Source of the DNA: Bermanella sp. 47_1433_sub80_T6
GTDB taxonomy: Bacteria > Pseudomonadota > Gammaproteobacteria > Pseudomonadales > Oceanobacteraceae
Reading direction: 5' to 3'
Length of the DNA stretch: 64,000 nucleotides
NCBI GenBank assembly: GCA_002162985.1
Contig: MAAD01000043.1
Coordinates: 637 to 64,636 of the forward strand
The notes beneath the pieces are model-generated. The model did not search any database. It had not been told where the DNA came from and saw nothing but the letters and a program-made list of their open reading frames with translations. Positions within the stretch are counted from its first letter, which is position 1. Each line of letters begins with the position of its first letter. The position numbers and the translations under genes are program-made. Of the stretch, positions 51,054-60,792 are shown piece after piece.

Positions 51054-52733
51054 TTAAGCTGCTCTATTTAATCGTTTAAAATGCTGATTTAAACCACTCA
51101 AAATGGCACTCAAACTGGCACCCAAACTGTCTTGTTGCATGGCGGAGGCAATGAACTTTTCATTATTTATCGTTAGTTGAATAAAAGCCCTGGCTTGTGC
51201 ATCTGTATGGCGCCCCTGGGTAATTTGGTCGTATTGAATAATATCAATATCCACCGCAAAGTGATCGGTAAGGGCATTACAGAATGCAGTGATGGTGCCG
51301 CTCCCTTGTGCGCCTATGGTTAAGGCGCCATCGGCAGAGTTTAAGCTTGCCTCTAGTGTCTCCCGAGAGCTTGCCGCTGACTGGGTATCTGCCGTTATTT
51401 GGTAATTACCCAAGGAGTAGGGGGTGCTACTTTGAGTGAAGTGCTCTTCAAAAATGGCATAGATGTCCTGGGCAGATACTTCCCCCTCGTGTTTCTCGCT
51501 GTACGCTTGTACCGCCTGGCTCATTTCTATTTGCCCCCATCTCGGCAAGGTCACACCAAATTCATTTTCTAAGATATACGCTACGCCGCCTTTGCCACTT
51601 TGGCTGTTGATGCGAATCACCGACTGGTAATCACGACCCACGTCCTGGGGGTTAATGGGCAAGTAGGCCACATCCCAGCTTTCACCGGGCTGCTGTACTG
51701 CTAAGCATTTTTTAATGGCGTCCTGGTGGCTGCCGCTAAATGCCGTATATACCAATTCACCCACCCAAGGGTGGCGCGGATGGGTGGCTATCTGGGTGCA
51801 TTCCTGCACGGTATTAGTGATGCGGCGTGCATCACTGATGTCTAATTCAGGATCAATACCCTGGCTATAAAGGTTCATGGCCATGGTCACTATGTCCATG
51901 TTGCCGGTGCGTTCGCCATTGCCCATCAAGGTGCCTTCGATGCGATCGGCGCCGGCCAAAATGGCCAATTCGGCAGCCGCCACCGCACAGCCTCGATCGT
52001 TATGGGTGTGAATGCTAATGATGATATTTTTGCGATTGCGAATGCTCTGGCAGAAGCTCTCTACCTGATCGGCAAATATATTGGGCATGGAACTTTCAAC
52101 GGTGGCAGGCAAGTTGATGATGGCTTTTTGGTTTTCATTGGGTTGCCAAACGTCTATCACGGCGTTGCAGACTTCCACCGCAAAATCCACTTCGGTATTT
52201 GAGAAGCTCTCTGGGCTGTATTCAAATGTCCAGTGGGTGTTAGGGTATTTCTGAGACTCCTTTTGTACCTTTTTGGCGCCCGCGATGGCGATGTTTTTAA
52301 TCCCCTGTTTGTCTAAATTGAACACCTTGTCCCTTTGTGTGGGAGAGGTTGAGTTATAGACATGCACTATGGCTTGTTTGATGCCCTTAAGTGCTTCAAA
52401 GGTACGTTCTATCAAGCTGTCTCGGGCTTGCACCAATACTTGAACGGTGACGTCGTTTGGAATTTGTTGTTCCTCGATTAACCAGCGTACAAAGTCAAAA
52501 TCCGGTTGCGAGGCACTGGGGAATCCCACTTCAATGTGTTTAAAACCCATATCAATCAATAACTGCCACATGGTTTGTTTTTGAGTCACGTTCATGGGCT
52601 CGATCAGAGCCTGATTACCGTCCCGTAAATCCACTGCACACCAAATAGGGGCGTGTTGAATGACTTGATTGGGCCATTGGCGATTGACCATTTTAATGGC
52701 CGGGGTGGGACGATATTGAGTGTGATCAAACAT
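51054..52733 (-). CDS. leuA: 2-isopropylmalate synthase (yeast/Corynebacterium type); start at 52733 or 52748
   Basis: DLRDGNQAL, YSPESF, NLPATVE, HTHNDRG, GNGERTGN, FSGSHQDAI, RINSQSGKGG. Confidence 0.93.
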   Translation of the reverse strand: MFDHTQYRPTPAIKMVNRQWPNQVIQHAPIWCAVDLRDGNQALIEPMNVTQKQTMWQLLIDMGFKHIEVGFPSASQPDFDFVRWLIEEQQIPNDVTVQVLVQARDSLIERTFEALKGIKQAIVHVYNSTSPTQRDKVFNLDKQGIKNIAIAGAKKVQKESQKYPNTHWTFEYSPESFSNTEVDFAVEVCNAVIDVWQPNENQKAIINLPATVESSMPNIFADQVESFCQSIRNRKNIIISIHTHNDRGCAVAAAELAILAGADRIEGTLMGNGERTGNMDIVTMAMNLYSQGIDPELDISDARRITNTVQECTQIATHPRHPWVGELVYTAFSGSHQDAIKKCLAVQQPGESWDVAYLPINPQDVGRDYQSVIRINSQSGKGGVAYILENEFGVTLPRWGQIEMSQAVQAYSEKHEGEVSAQDIYAIFEEHFTQSSTPYSLGNYQITADTQSAASSRETLEASLNSADGALTIGAQGSGTITAFCNALTDHFAVDIDIIQYDQITQGRHTDAQARAFIQLTINNEKFIASAMQQDSLGASLSAILSGLNQHFKRLNRAA

Positions 52734-52955
52734 GTTGGCTCTCGGCATTTATGTGTTTTAAGAGTGATACTCGGAAGGCTCTGCTTGTGGCGTTTGGGTA
52801 ATTTCCAAGTGAGATAAGTATATGGGATGCACCGGGGTGAATGATGGCAAATATGCCAGTTATTCAGGGTTAGTGAGCAATTAACAACTAATAAAGTGTT
52901 AATTAGGGGTTAATAACGTTACTTTGTCTGAAATACATGGAATATTTGGTGGCTC

Positions 52956-53420
52956 ATGCATGAGTTAGACAGAACGGATCGACGTATCCTTACCCAGTTG
53001 CAGATAGATGGCGCCATTTCAAATCTGGATTTGGCTGAAAAGATCGGCCTTTCTCCCAGTCCCTGTTCCAGAAGGGTGAAAACCCTGCAGGATGCAGGTT
53101 TCATCTTAAGTACGGTTGCCATCCTGGACGCTAAAAAGCTCGCTCTGGATATGGTGGCCATGATTTCCATTAGCATGGATAGGCACACCCCAGAGCGCTT
53201 CGAAGCCTTTGAAGCCGCCGTGTCCAGTTACCAAGAGGTCATGGAGTGTTATTTGATAACCGGGCAGAGCGCAGATTATGTGTTAAAGGTGGTGGTGAAG
53301 GATATGAGTGCTTTTCAACAGTTTCTGTTAGGCAAGCTCACCCGCATAGAAGGGGTCACCGGCGTGCATTCAAGTTTTGTCATGCGCAAGGTCTTGGACC
53401 GAACGGCGCTGCCAATTTAG
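52956..53420 (+). CDS. Lrp/AsnC-family regulator
   Basis: LDRTDRRIL, GLSPSPCSRRVK, ECYLITG..DY. Confidence 0.93.
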   Translation: MHELDRTDRRILTQLQIDGAISNLDLAEKIGLSPSPCSRRVKTLQDAGFILSTVAILDAKKLALDMVAMISISMDRHTPERFEAFEAAVSSYQEVMECYLITGQSADYVLKVVVKDMSAFQQFLLGKLTRIEGVTGVHSSFVMRKVLDRTALPI

Positions 53421-53560
53421 TGGCAGTAATGCTTTAGTCTTGTTTGTAATGATATTTAGTGACAAATTATGTCAATTTTGTACCAAAAGTGGACGCAATA
53501 CACATCCCTATATTGGTGGTTTTTGATACAATATCGTTACATATTTGACGGGTGGGCCTA

Positions 53561-55822
53561 ATGTTTGCGAATTTTGCAGCCAAACGGCACCTGACTGGCC
53601 CGTTACGAGCGGTCAGTCCGGTGGTGACAGACGATACAGAAATTGATTGGAAATCTGCCAATAAATTGCTGGTCCAACCGCTGTTCCGTAAATCTGTACC
53701 CGCTGCCAGCGAAAACAGCTTAAAGCTGGAAAAGTATTTTAAACAGGCTTTTAAAGGCAGTGTGCCCTTACAGCGCACTTCATTGAAGCAGTCCATGCAG
53801 TTGTTTTATGTGGAAGCGGTGAGCCTGTTTATTCCCATGTTATATATCACCAGTGTGTTGGCGATATTCTCTTTGGCTATCATGTTTTTTACCGAACCCA
53901 TGGTGGAACATATCTTAAGTGAGCAATACCTGGACGCCACCTTGTGGGCCTGTCCAGCGGTGTTGACCACGGGTCTATTGTTAATATTGCTTTCCCCGCT
54001 ATTTGGTGGTTTTCGTTCATACCATGGGCGAATATTGCAGCCCCATGAGGCGCCAGCCCTAATGTCATTGGTGAATGAGCTCAGTCGTCACCTGAATGTC
54101 AAACCGCCTAAACGTATTGAAATAAACAATGAAACCGCATTGCGTGTGGATGCCTATGCCGGGGTGAACAGCATCTACCGTGATGAGTATAAAATTATCA
54201 TCGGTGCCCCGTTATTGATGTCGTTAAGTGTGAATCAACTCACGGCCATGTTAGCCCACGAATTATCGCATTTCCGGGTAAAGCAGCAGAAGGTGGCATT
54301 TTATCTCATGCATCATGTGAGTGAATGGCTATATTTGAGGGCTTCCGGTCAAGATAAGCGCCATGTGGCCTTGCTGAAACGCATGCAAAAAGAAAATATT
54401 TCGTCTTATGAATATCTTGAATTATGGGTGTGGCAGCGTATTCATCTAATGCAGCAAGGTATATTTGGTTGTCTGTTTGCTCTGCATCGTCGCCTAACTT
54501 CCTGGAAATGTCGCGAGATTGAGTTGGAAACTGATGCCATGGCTATCTCGGTGGTGGGCTCAAAAGATTTTGCGCAAATGATTCAAAAAATTCGGGTGGT
54601 GCAGAATGCGCAAAACGCCGTATCCAGCCAAAATGAATGGGCCTGGAAAGAAGGGTTTTTGCTGGATGATTATGCCTTGGCTGTGGCCATGGAGTCTAAA
54701 AAAATCAGTCCGGCACAAGCCTCTGCTTTGCAAAAAAATTACGAAAAAGAAGTTACGCGGTTTTGTCCCAATGACCGTACTCGGCTGGCCCAGGCTCAGG
54801 TATTAAAGCAAAAAGGTAAATTAACCGCACAAATATCCGCCGCCGTTTTAATTGAGCAACCTAAAAAAATTAGCCGCGAGCTTACCCTGCTGGATTATGA
54901 ATCCTCCGGTATCAAACAATCAAAAAGCTGCCTGTTGTCATCGGAAAAAATTCGTCAATTAAAGTTGCGTCAGGAAAAACTTAAGATCATTGCCAAACGT
55001 TATTTTGATGGGCGAGTGGATGATAGGGTCATGAAATTTGAGCCCTCAGAAGAGCGTGATGTGGCTGGCTTTGATATTCAAACCTGTATCGATCATGTGC
55101 GTCGTTATCGGGTGGAAGACCGCAAGCAGCAGGCGGCCGCCACTAATTTGTTGAGGCGTATTACTAAATCCTATGTGGTCGAGCGCCTGTTGCATTCAAA
55201 ACTGCCTGTCGCTAAATACCTAAATGAAGAGGTGGTGACCCGTAAAGATGCCAGCGCTTATCTTCAGTATATGCGTTCTCAATACGAGCAAGTGCTGCAT
55301 CATATGGAAACCATGGATCAGGTGTTTTACCAACGAGCACAAGATACCATGAACTACCTGGATATGAAGGCTCGCAGTGATGTAAGTACTGCATTCCATA
55401 ACCTTGAATTTTACAGTCAGGTAAGGCGTGAAGTAGCTGCTGTAAAAGAGGTGTTTAAGCCATTAAATTTACTGGTAAATGGCATGGATACCGGGGTAAA
55501 TACCCGAATACTGCAGGCGGGGGCGAATGAGAAGCAGCTCCTTTGGGCGGTAGTGGGCAGTCTGCGTGTGGCTCTAAAAGAGCGTCCCATTCAGGTAGGT
55601 TTGTCCCGCAAGAAAGTCCATTTATTGGCGTACCTTGATTTTAAGTTGGGCGAACTTCCCAGTAGCAGCAATGAGATTTGTATCGAGGATATGGCCAGTT
55701 ATGTGGATGAGTTACTGCAATTACTGCAGTTTCAATACCTTAAGTGGCAGGCACAATTAGCGGTCATTATGAGTCGTTTTGAGCAAGACAATGGCATTAC
55801 TCAGGTGAATTTATTGGGTTAG
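53561..55822 (+). CDS. M48-family membrane metallopeptidase with long C-terminal extension
   Basis: Two TM helices, IGAPLL, AHELSH (HExxH), REIELETD. Confidence 0.8.
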   Translation: MFANFAAKRHLTGPLRAVSPVVTDDTEIDWKSANKLLVQPLFRKSVPAASENSLKLEKYFKQAFKGSVPLQRTSLKQSMQLFYVEAVSLFIPMLYITSVLAIFSLAIMFFTEPMVEHILSEQYLDATLWACPAVLTTGLLLILLSPLFGGFRSYHGRILQPHEAPALMSLVNELSRHLNVKPPKRIEINNETALRVDAYAGVNSIYRDEYKIIIGAPLLMSLSVNQLTAMLAHELSHFRVKQQKVAFYLMHHVSEWLYLRASGQDKRHVALLKRMQKENISSYEYLELWVWQRIHLMQQGIFGCLFALHRRLTSWKCREIELETDAMAISVVGSKDFAQMIQKIRVVQNAQNAVSSQNEWAWKEGFLLDDYALAVAMESKKISPAQASALQKNYEKEVTRFCPNDRTRLAQAQVLKQKGKLTAQISAAVLIEQPKKISRELTLLDYESSGIKQSKSCLLSSEKIRQLKLRQEKLKIIAKRYFDGRVDDRVMKFEPSEERDVAGFDIQTCIDHVRRYRVEDRKQQAAATNLLRRITKSYVVERLLHSKLPVAKYLNEEVVTRKDASAYLQYMRSQYEQVLHHMETMDQVFYQRAQDTMNYLDMKARSDVSTAFHNLEFYSQVRREVAAVKEVFKPLNLLVNGMDTGVNTRILQAGANEKQLLWAVVGSLRVALKERPIQVGLSRKKVHLLAYLDFKLGELPSSSNEICIEDMASYVDELLQLLQFQYLKWQAQLAVIMSRFEQDNGITQVNLLG

Positions 55823-55848
55823 CTGGACCAGGGAATGAGTCGTTTGTT

Positions 55849-55875
55849 AAAAAGCCCTTGATGAGAGGGCTTTTT
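55849..55875 (+). terminator. Rho-independent terminator
   Basis: AAAAAGCCCT-TGATGAG-AGGGCTTTTT. Confidence 0.85.
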
Positions 55876-55981
55876 ATTGCGATCATATTTCCAATATAGT
55901 CGAAATAAGGCTGTTTGCCGTTAACCTGTTCCAAGCGGACGCTGCTGTTATTGGTAACACGACCAACAATTTAGGTGAAGT

Positions 55982-56692
55982 ATGTCAGAATTATTAACGC
56001 CCAATCACAGTGTTGAAGACACGTTAACAGCCATCAGGGCCAATAATAAAAGCGGTCATGCACCCAGAATTTTAATGTTGTACGGATCACTGCGTAGCGA
56101 ATCGTACAGCAAAAAAGCGACCCTGGAGGCGGCAAAAATTCTGGAATCTTTCGGAGCAGAGGTGAAGGTTTATGATCCTGCCGGATTGCCAGTGTTTGAT
56201 CGCGAAAATTACCAGCATGAAAAAGTACAAGAGCTGCACAATTTAGCGGTGTGGTCCGAAGGCATGGTGTGGTGCAGTCCCGAGTTGCACGGCAATTTAA
56301 CCTCGGTGATTAAAAACCAAATAGATTGGATTCCGTTAAGCTTGGGCGCGGTGCGGCCTACTCAGGGGCGTACGCTGGCAGTGATGCAGGTGAGTGGCGG
56401 TTCCCAGTCTTTTAATGCGGTGAATAGTTTACGCATTTTGGGTCGCTGGATGCGTATGTTTACCATACCAAATCAGTCGTCTGTGGCCATGGCCTGGAAA
56501 GAGTTCAACGAAGATGGCTCCATGAAAGACAGCGACTACCGTGATCGTATCGTAGATGTGATGGAGGAGTTATTTCGTATGACGTTATTGTTACGAGATC
56601 AAAGTGACTTCTTAACCCATCGCTTTAGTGAGCATAAAGAGGATTACCAGCAGAAAATTGACTCAGACCTGTATGGTCGCTCCATAAAATAG
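55982..56692 (+). CDS. arsH: Arsenical resistance flavoprotein ArsH
   Basis: [51 protein letters not shown]. Confidence 0.95.
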   Translation: MSELLTPNHSVEDTLTAIRANNKSGHAPRILMLYGSLRSESYSKKATLEAAKILESFGAEVKVYDPAGLPVFDRENYQHEKVQELHNLAVWSEGMVWCSPELHGNLTSVIKNQIDWIPLSLGAVRPTQGRTLAVMQVSGGSQSFNAVNSLRILGRWMRMFTIPNQSSVAMAWKEFNEDGSMKDSDYRDRIVDVMEELFRMTLLLRDQSDFLTHRFSEHKEDYQQKIDSDLYGRSIK

Positions 56693-56768
56693 GTGGGCGT
56701 GGCCTTACTGTCAGAAATCCCTTACCATGCCGTCACTATAAAAATCATTCCTAATACTGGTTTATACA

Positions 56769-57860
56769 ATGCGTTTTACAGCTTTGCTTTTTACTTTGAC
56801 TCTGCTGGGTGGTTGCGCCCAGCTCACCCCTCAAGGGCAAATGTCGTTATTGCAGACCACGGCTATCAGTGAGCAATATGAATTTGAATTGTTGCCAGCC
56901 GGTATGCAAGAAAGCCCTGATTTAAGTGAACATGTTATCGAGTTGCCAGGCGGCAAGTCTTTTTATAAGGGTTATCAACTAGAGGCGGGGCACAGTGCCT
57001 TTGTGGTGCAGTTGCGTACCTACATTGAAAAAAGTCAGCGCGGGGATGGCTTTTTTTATCCTGTGATCGAGCTGTTTGATAGTCAGCGTAAGCGCATCAA
57101 GGTGGTTCGACCTCAGTTACGTTTTACTCAGTTAAGCGCCGAGGGGCGTTATGCGGTTGTGCCCTTGCAAATCACCCGAGAGGTGGCTTCTTTTGTTATT
57201 CGTACCGAGCCTAAGTTGTACGGTCAAGAAGCCTCATATACCAAGCAACATTCCGGCGCCAGCTGGAGCTACAGTGTGTCGCCGTTTACCAAGCGCCACG
57301 CTGCCAATTACCTGGCGTTAGGCCAGTTAGAGTTGCTCACGCCAGACGTGGGTTATAGCAGCCCATTTGAAAAAATTTCGGGGCCATTTTGGGTGTTCTC
57401 TCATCAAAAAGGCGGCCATAAGCTGGCCAGTGGTGAAGATTATTTACCCGATCTAACCCTGGGTGGAGGTCCTAATTTTTCTGTGGGTTATGCATTTGGC
57501 ATGTCTGGACGTCCATCTACTTCGGTGCGGGCATCTATGGGAGCCAGCTATTATTCAGTAACGGATTCGGCGGGTGTTAACCATCGCCAGCAGGGCCTTA
57601 GCGGTGATCTGTTATGGGTTGAGTCCAACCAGGTAAGCAGTTTAGGCTTTGGTATTACCGCTACCAGTGGTCTGACTTATGAACAGTCCGGCACCACAGT
57701 GGAATACGAGGCTAATTGGGGGCCAAAACTGGTATTGGAGATTCGGGGTGCCATGGGAGTCACGCTGGGAGTGCAGGCCAGTTGGCTGAAATTTGAAGAC
57801 CAGCAAGGCAATAAAACCAACAGCAATCAATTAGGTTTTTATCTGGCGCGTTTTTATTGA
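56769..57860 (+). CDS. Lipoprotein with MalM-like domain and probable C-terminal beta-barrel
   Basis: Lipobox LLGG-C; SFYKGYQL..VQLRTYI..FFYPVIELFD; alternating strands ending ARFY. Confidence 0.65.
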   Translation: MRFTALLFTLTLLGGCAQLTPQGQMSLLQTTAISEQYEFELLPAGMQESPDLSEHVIELPGGKSFYKGYQLEAGHSAFVVQLRTYIEKSQRGDGFFYPVIELFDSQRKRIKVVRPQLRFTQLSAEGRYAVVPLQITREVASFVIRTEPKLYGQEASYTKQHSGASWSYSVSPFTKRHAANYLALGQLELLTPDVGYSSPFEKISGPFWVFSHQKGGHKLASGEDYLPDLTLGGGPNFSVGYAFGMSGRPSTSVRASMGASYYSVTDSAGVNHRQQGLSGDLLWVESNQVSSLGFGITATSGLTYEQSGTTVEYEANWGPKLVLEIRGAMGVTLGVQASWLKFEDQQGNKTNSNQLGFYLARFY

Positions 57861-57920
57861 TCGCCCCCTGTCAGGTGTATTGCCAAGTGCCTTGCTTTAA
57901 AAGTTCAGTGGCAAAAGAAT

Positions 57921-57996
57921 GTCGACAAATTCTTCGGGAATTAATTTGAACAACCGAAGTTTGCCCAGCGGGTAAATAACAGGACGTTATTTATAA
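57921..57996 (+). repeat. tRNA-linked-repeat (RtT/TLR)-like multi-hairpin element
   Basis: TCGACAAATTCTT-CGGGA-ATTAATTTGAAC, AAC-CGAA-GTT, GCCC-AGC-GGGT, AAATAAC-AGGAC-GTTATTT-ATAA: same order of hairpins and loops as TLR elements as recalled. Confidence 0.6.
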
Positions 57997-58831
57997 AGGT
58001 ATGGCAGGGGACGCGTTTATGAACTTCAGCCTTCAGCGTGGCAGTTTTAATGGCCCTTTGAACTTGCTGTGGGCCAAAGTGATGTCGCCTTTCTACGCCG
58101 CTTCTAGGGTCAACTGAATAATGATCAGCAGGAAATAAATACTGCCAGGCTAATTCATACTGTGCTTTTGGCATTTTTCTTGACAATGCATCTGGCATAA
58201 ATACGCCTGACATGCCTATGGCTTTGTCTGCTTCAAATTGATTTTTAACAAATTCTATTTGCTGCTTTAATGGATCTATTAAACTAGTTGGCAATAAGGT
58301 TCGACGGCTTTTATACCCTTTACCCTCCATGACAAATAACCCGCCATTGGCCAAATCAATATCTTTTACTCTTAGATTTACAGCTTCAGATATTCTTAAA
58401 CCAGAGCCATAAAGAATTTTAGTGATGAGATTTCTTCTGCCCGGTATCCCGTTGATAATAGCTTGCGCTTCATCTTTTGATAAAACGATTGGGATCTTCT
58501 TAGGCTTGCTAGCATGCTGAAAAGATAGCTGGCCAACATCTATTTTTAAAAACTCTCTAAATAAAAATACTAATGCATTTAAAGCGGTTCGTTGGGTATT
58601 AATAGAACACCCTAGTGCATTTCCTAATTCAGATAAAAAGTGATTAATGTGATCGACACATAACTCGCCCTCGCTTTTATACTTCATATGACGAATAAAA
58701 CGCACCGCCCACTGGCAGTAAGTTTTTTCAGTAGCATAAGCCAGTCCCTTAGAACGAATAAAAAGACGGTAACGATCCTTAAATCCAATGGCCTGTCTAT
58801 CAATGGTACTTCTTGTATCAATAACGTGCAT
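57941..58831 (-). pseudogene. intI: Integron integrase, 3'-truncated
   Basis: TEKTYCQW, TQRTALNALVFL, LYGSGLRISE..LRVKDID, GKG, IntI-specific patch VFMPDALSRK..WQYLFP..DPRSG..RRHH; homology stops at CHTF (~57995), so the box II Arg and catalytic Tyr are missing. Confidence 0.9.
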
Positions 58832-58850
58832 AAGCGTCGGGTTATCGTAA

Positions 58851-58866
58851 CTGTGTTTTTATACAG
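58851..58866. promoter_or_regulatory. LexA (SOS) box at the intI promoter
   Basis: CTGT-GTTTTTAT-ACAG, exact CTGT-N8-ACAG; overlaps minus-strand -10 TATACT at 58865-58870. Confidence 0.9.
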
Positions 58867-59104
58867 TATAGGGCGAGGCAGAAAAAATGCCTTTAACCAT
58901 ACAAAAAAACAAACTAAAGACTGAATAATTAACCGGTATATGCGTCAACCGACTGCATAATATAATATGCCGTCATGTGAACGCGTATTCTTAATATGCA
59001 ATCATAAGGCGGCGTATTAAGATATTTGGTCATGCGACGTATATGCTGGAAAACACACTGAAATGAACAAATATCGATTGATAGACCAGAACAATATCGG
59101 TTAG

Positions 59105-59141
59105 AAAAGGTTGAGACTCACAGAATGAGAGCCTCAACCTT
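59105..59141 (-). terminator. Terminator for the hydrolase gene
   Basis: AAGGTTGAG...CTCAACCTT stem with T tract on the minus strand. Confidence 0.65.
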
Positions 59142-59156
59142 ACTACTTACCAAAGT

Positions 59157-60485
59157 TTAAAGTGGCGCAATAACTAAGTCATCGAATAGACATTTACAGT
59201 ATTCTGCTTTAACACCTGCTTGACCCGATGTATGAGTCGTATCGTTAATCACCGCGATAGACGTACCGTTAACCGACACTTCAATCTGGCTCCCTTGTAG
59301 ACTGAGTGACAATTCATACTCCTCATTTGGATTGACTCCAGTTGCCGTATTCAGCAATGTTGTCTTCGAACCATTCCTAACAGACTTAACCATTAACACC
59401 CCATCTGTTTTCACATAAGCTTCGTAATAATCGTTGTGATCTGACATTCGTGCGACCAATCCTGCCGTTTCCCATTTTGCGCCAGTTTGCGGTGTGTGGG
59501 TCCGAAGACGGGCGCTGACGGTGTAGTCCGTTAAACTCGTTTCGCCATTTACAATAATGGCAACTGAAGTGTTATATTTACTTCTAAGGGCCTGCCAATA
59601 ATTATGATCTCGCCAGGTACCTTCGTAGATGGTATAGCTGGGGTCTAACACGCCATCGGAGAAGTCGTCAGAAAAAACATTGGGTGAGGAGGTTTCTAAC
59701 GATGCTAAGAATGTTGGGAAATAATTATAGAGATCGAGCTTTGGTATCCCAAGTTCAATCGACGTGCGGTCACCAATGCCAAGCGAGTCATAGACATCAA
59801 TAATATCATAACCTCTTCGAGGGTCATGTTGATCATAATCGATATCGGGCTCCGGAGGGTTGTATGAAAAATGAATCGGTTTAGAGTTTTCGGTTACATC
59901 AGCCTTGGGGTCCCATACCTCTGGTAACGCCCAAACTTGGTCAGGCAACGCTTGAGTCATATACAGACCTTTGACGGCAGGATCTCCACTATGTGCTAAC
60001 TTCCAGCTAGCAGCCGATCCACGAGATCTCCCGGCAACAATTATGTTATTCATATCAATGTTGAATGCAGCGGCATTTGCTCGCAGATATTCCATCACGA
60101 GATTCGCATCAGCCCAGGCGTCTGATAGTTCATCAGGTGTCTCAAGTAGCGTATGAGATTCCCAACTAACAATGGTATACCCCTCTCCATTAACTACTTG
60201 TTTTTGTTGATCGCTCACGTCACATGCGGCTGCGCCGTTTTGATGAGAGTATAAAAATACAGGTTTAGGGCCATCACCCGGTGCTTTATAAATATTGAGA
60301 TATTGACGATCTATATCATCCGTACCGTAAATGACACCTTCTTCGTCTGGCTGAGCTTCGTTTGAAGGGCAATTGACATTATTGTTGTAAGTAATTCCAC
60401 TGGCGACATCTGCTATGGAGTGACTCGCTAATAAAGTGCAAATACCTATAGCCGATGCCCTTAAGAGGGGTTTACAGTTTTTCAT
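59157..60485 (-). CDS. Secreted alpha/beta hydrolase with C-terminal ConA/DUF1080-like beta domain (start reassigned)
   Basis: Signal peptide MKNCK...SHSIA; QYLNIY, IIVAGRSRGS (GxSxG), QHDP; C-terminal FSDDFS..DYTVSA..GLVAR..G..G..FDDLVI. Confidence 0.75.
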   Translation of the reverse strand: MKNCKPLLRASAIGICTLLASHSIADVASGITYNNNVNCPSNEAQPDEEGVIYGTDDIDRQYLNIYKAPGDGPKPVFLYSHQNGAAACDVSDQQKQVVNGEGYTIVSWESHTLLETPDELSDAWADANLVMEYLRANAAAFNIDMNNIIVAGRSRGSAASWKLAHSGDPAVKGLYMTQALPDQVWALPEVWDPKADVTENSKPIHFSYNPPEPDIDYDQHDPRRGYDIIDVYDSLGIGDRTSIELGIPKLDLYNYFPTFLASLETSSPNVFSDDFSDGVLDPSYTIYEGTWRDHNYWQALRSKYNTSVAIIVNGETSLTDYTVSARLRTHTPQTGAKWETAGLVARMSDHNDYYEAYVKTDGVLMVKSVRNGSKTTLLNTATGVNPNEEYELSLSLQGSQIEVSVNGTSIAVINDTTHTSGQAGVKAEYCKCLFDDLVIAPL

Positions 60486-60630
60486 ATGGAGTACCTTTTT
60501 ATTTATTGTTGAAGCTATGGCTTCATCTACCATGCTTGATTTTAGGTTCGTCCTTGAGATACTTGTCCCAACGATTAATAACGCCAAATGTGCGCCGCAA
60601 ATTTGTGCATTGACTATAAATTAACCATTT

Positions 60631-60660
60631 ACTTAGCAAGAGTCATTAACCTATGTTATC
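60631..60660 (-). promoter_or_regulatory. Candidate Crp/Fnr-family operator, copy 1
   Basis: Minus strand GATAACATAGGTTAATGACTCTTGCTAAGT; 25/30 identical to 61428-61457. Confidence 0.7.
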
Positions 60661-60792
60661 GAAGACAAATTCATGACTGTGGGAAAGAACTTTCAAAAAA
60701 CTAGTATATACTTTGTCTTAGAGCGTAATCTTTCGGGTTATAAGTGAAACAATTGAACTGGGAACGGTTCTTTCTCCGCTGTTGGAAGTACA

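Noticed and set aside
52749-52955. Leucine attenuator upstream of leuA
   Set aside because: No Leu-rich leader ORF or terminator hairpin found
58950-58977. dif-like site (GCATAA TATAA TATG)
   Set aside because: Spacing is off and the XerD arm TTATGTTAAAT is absent
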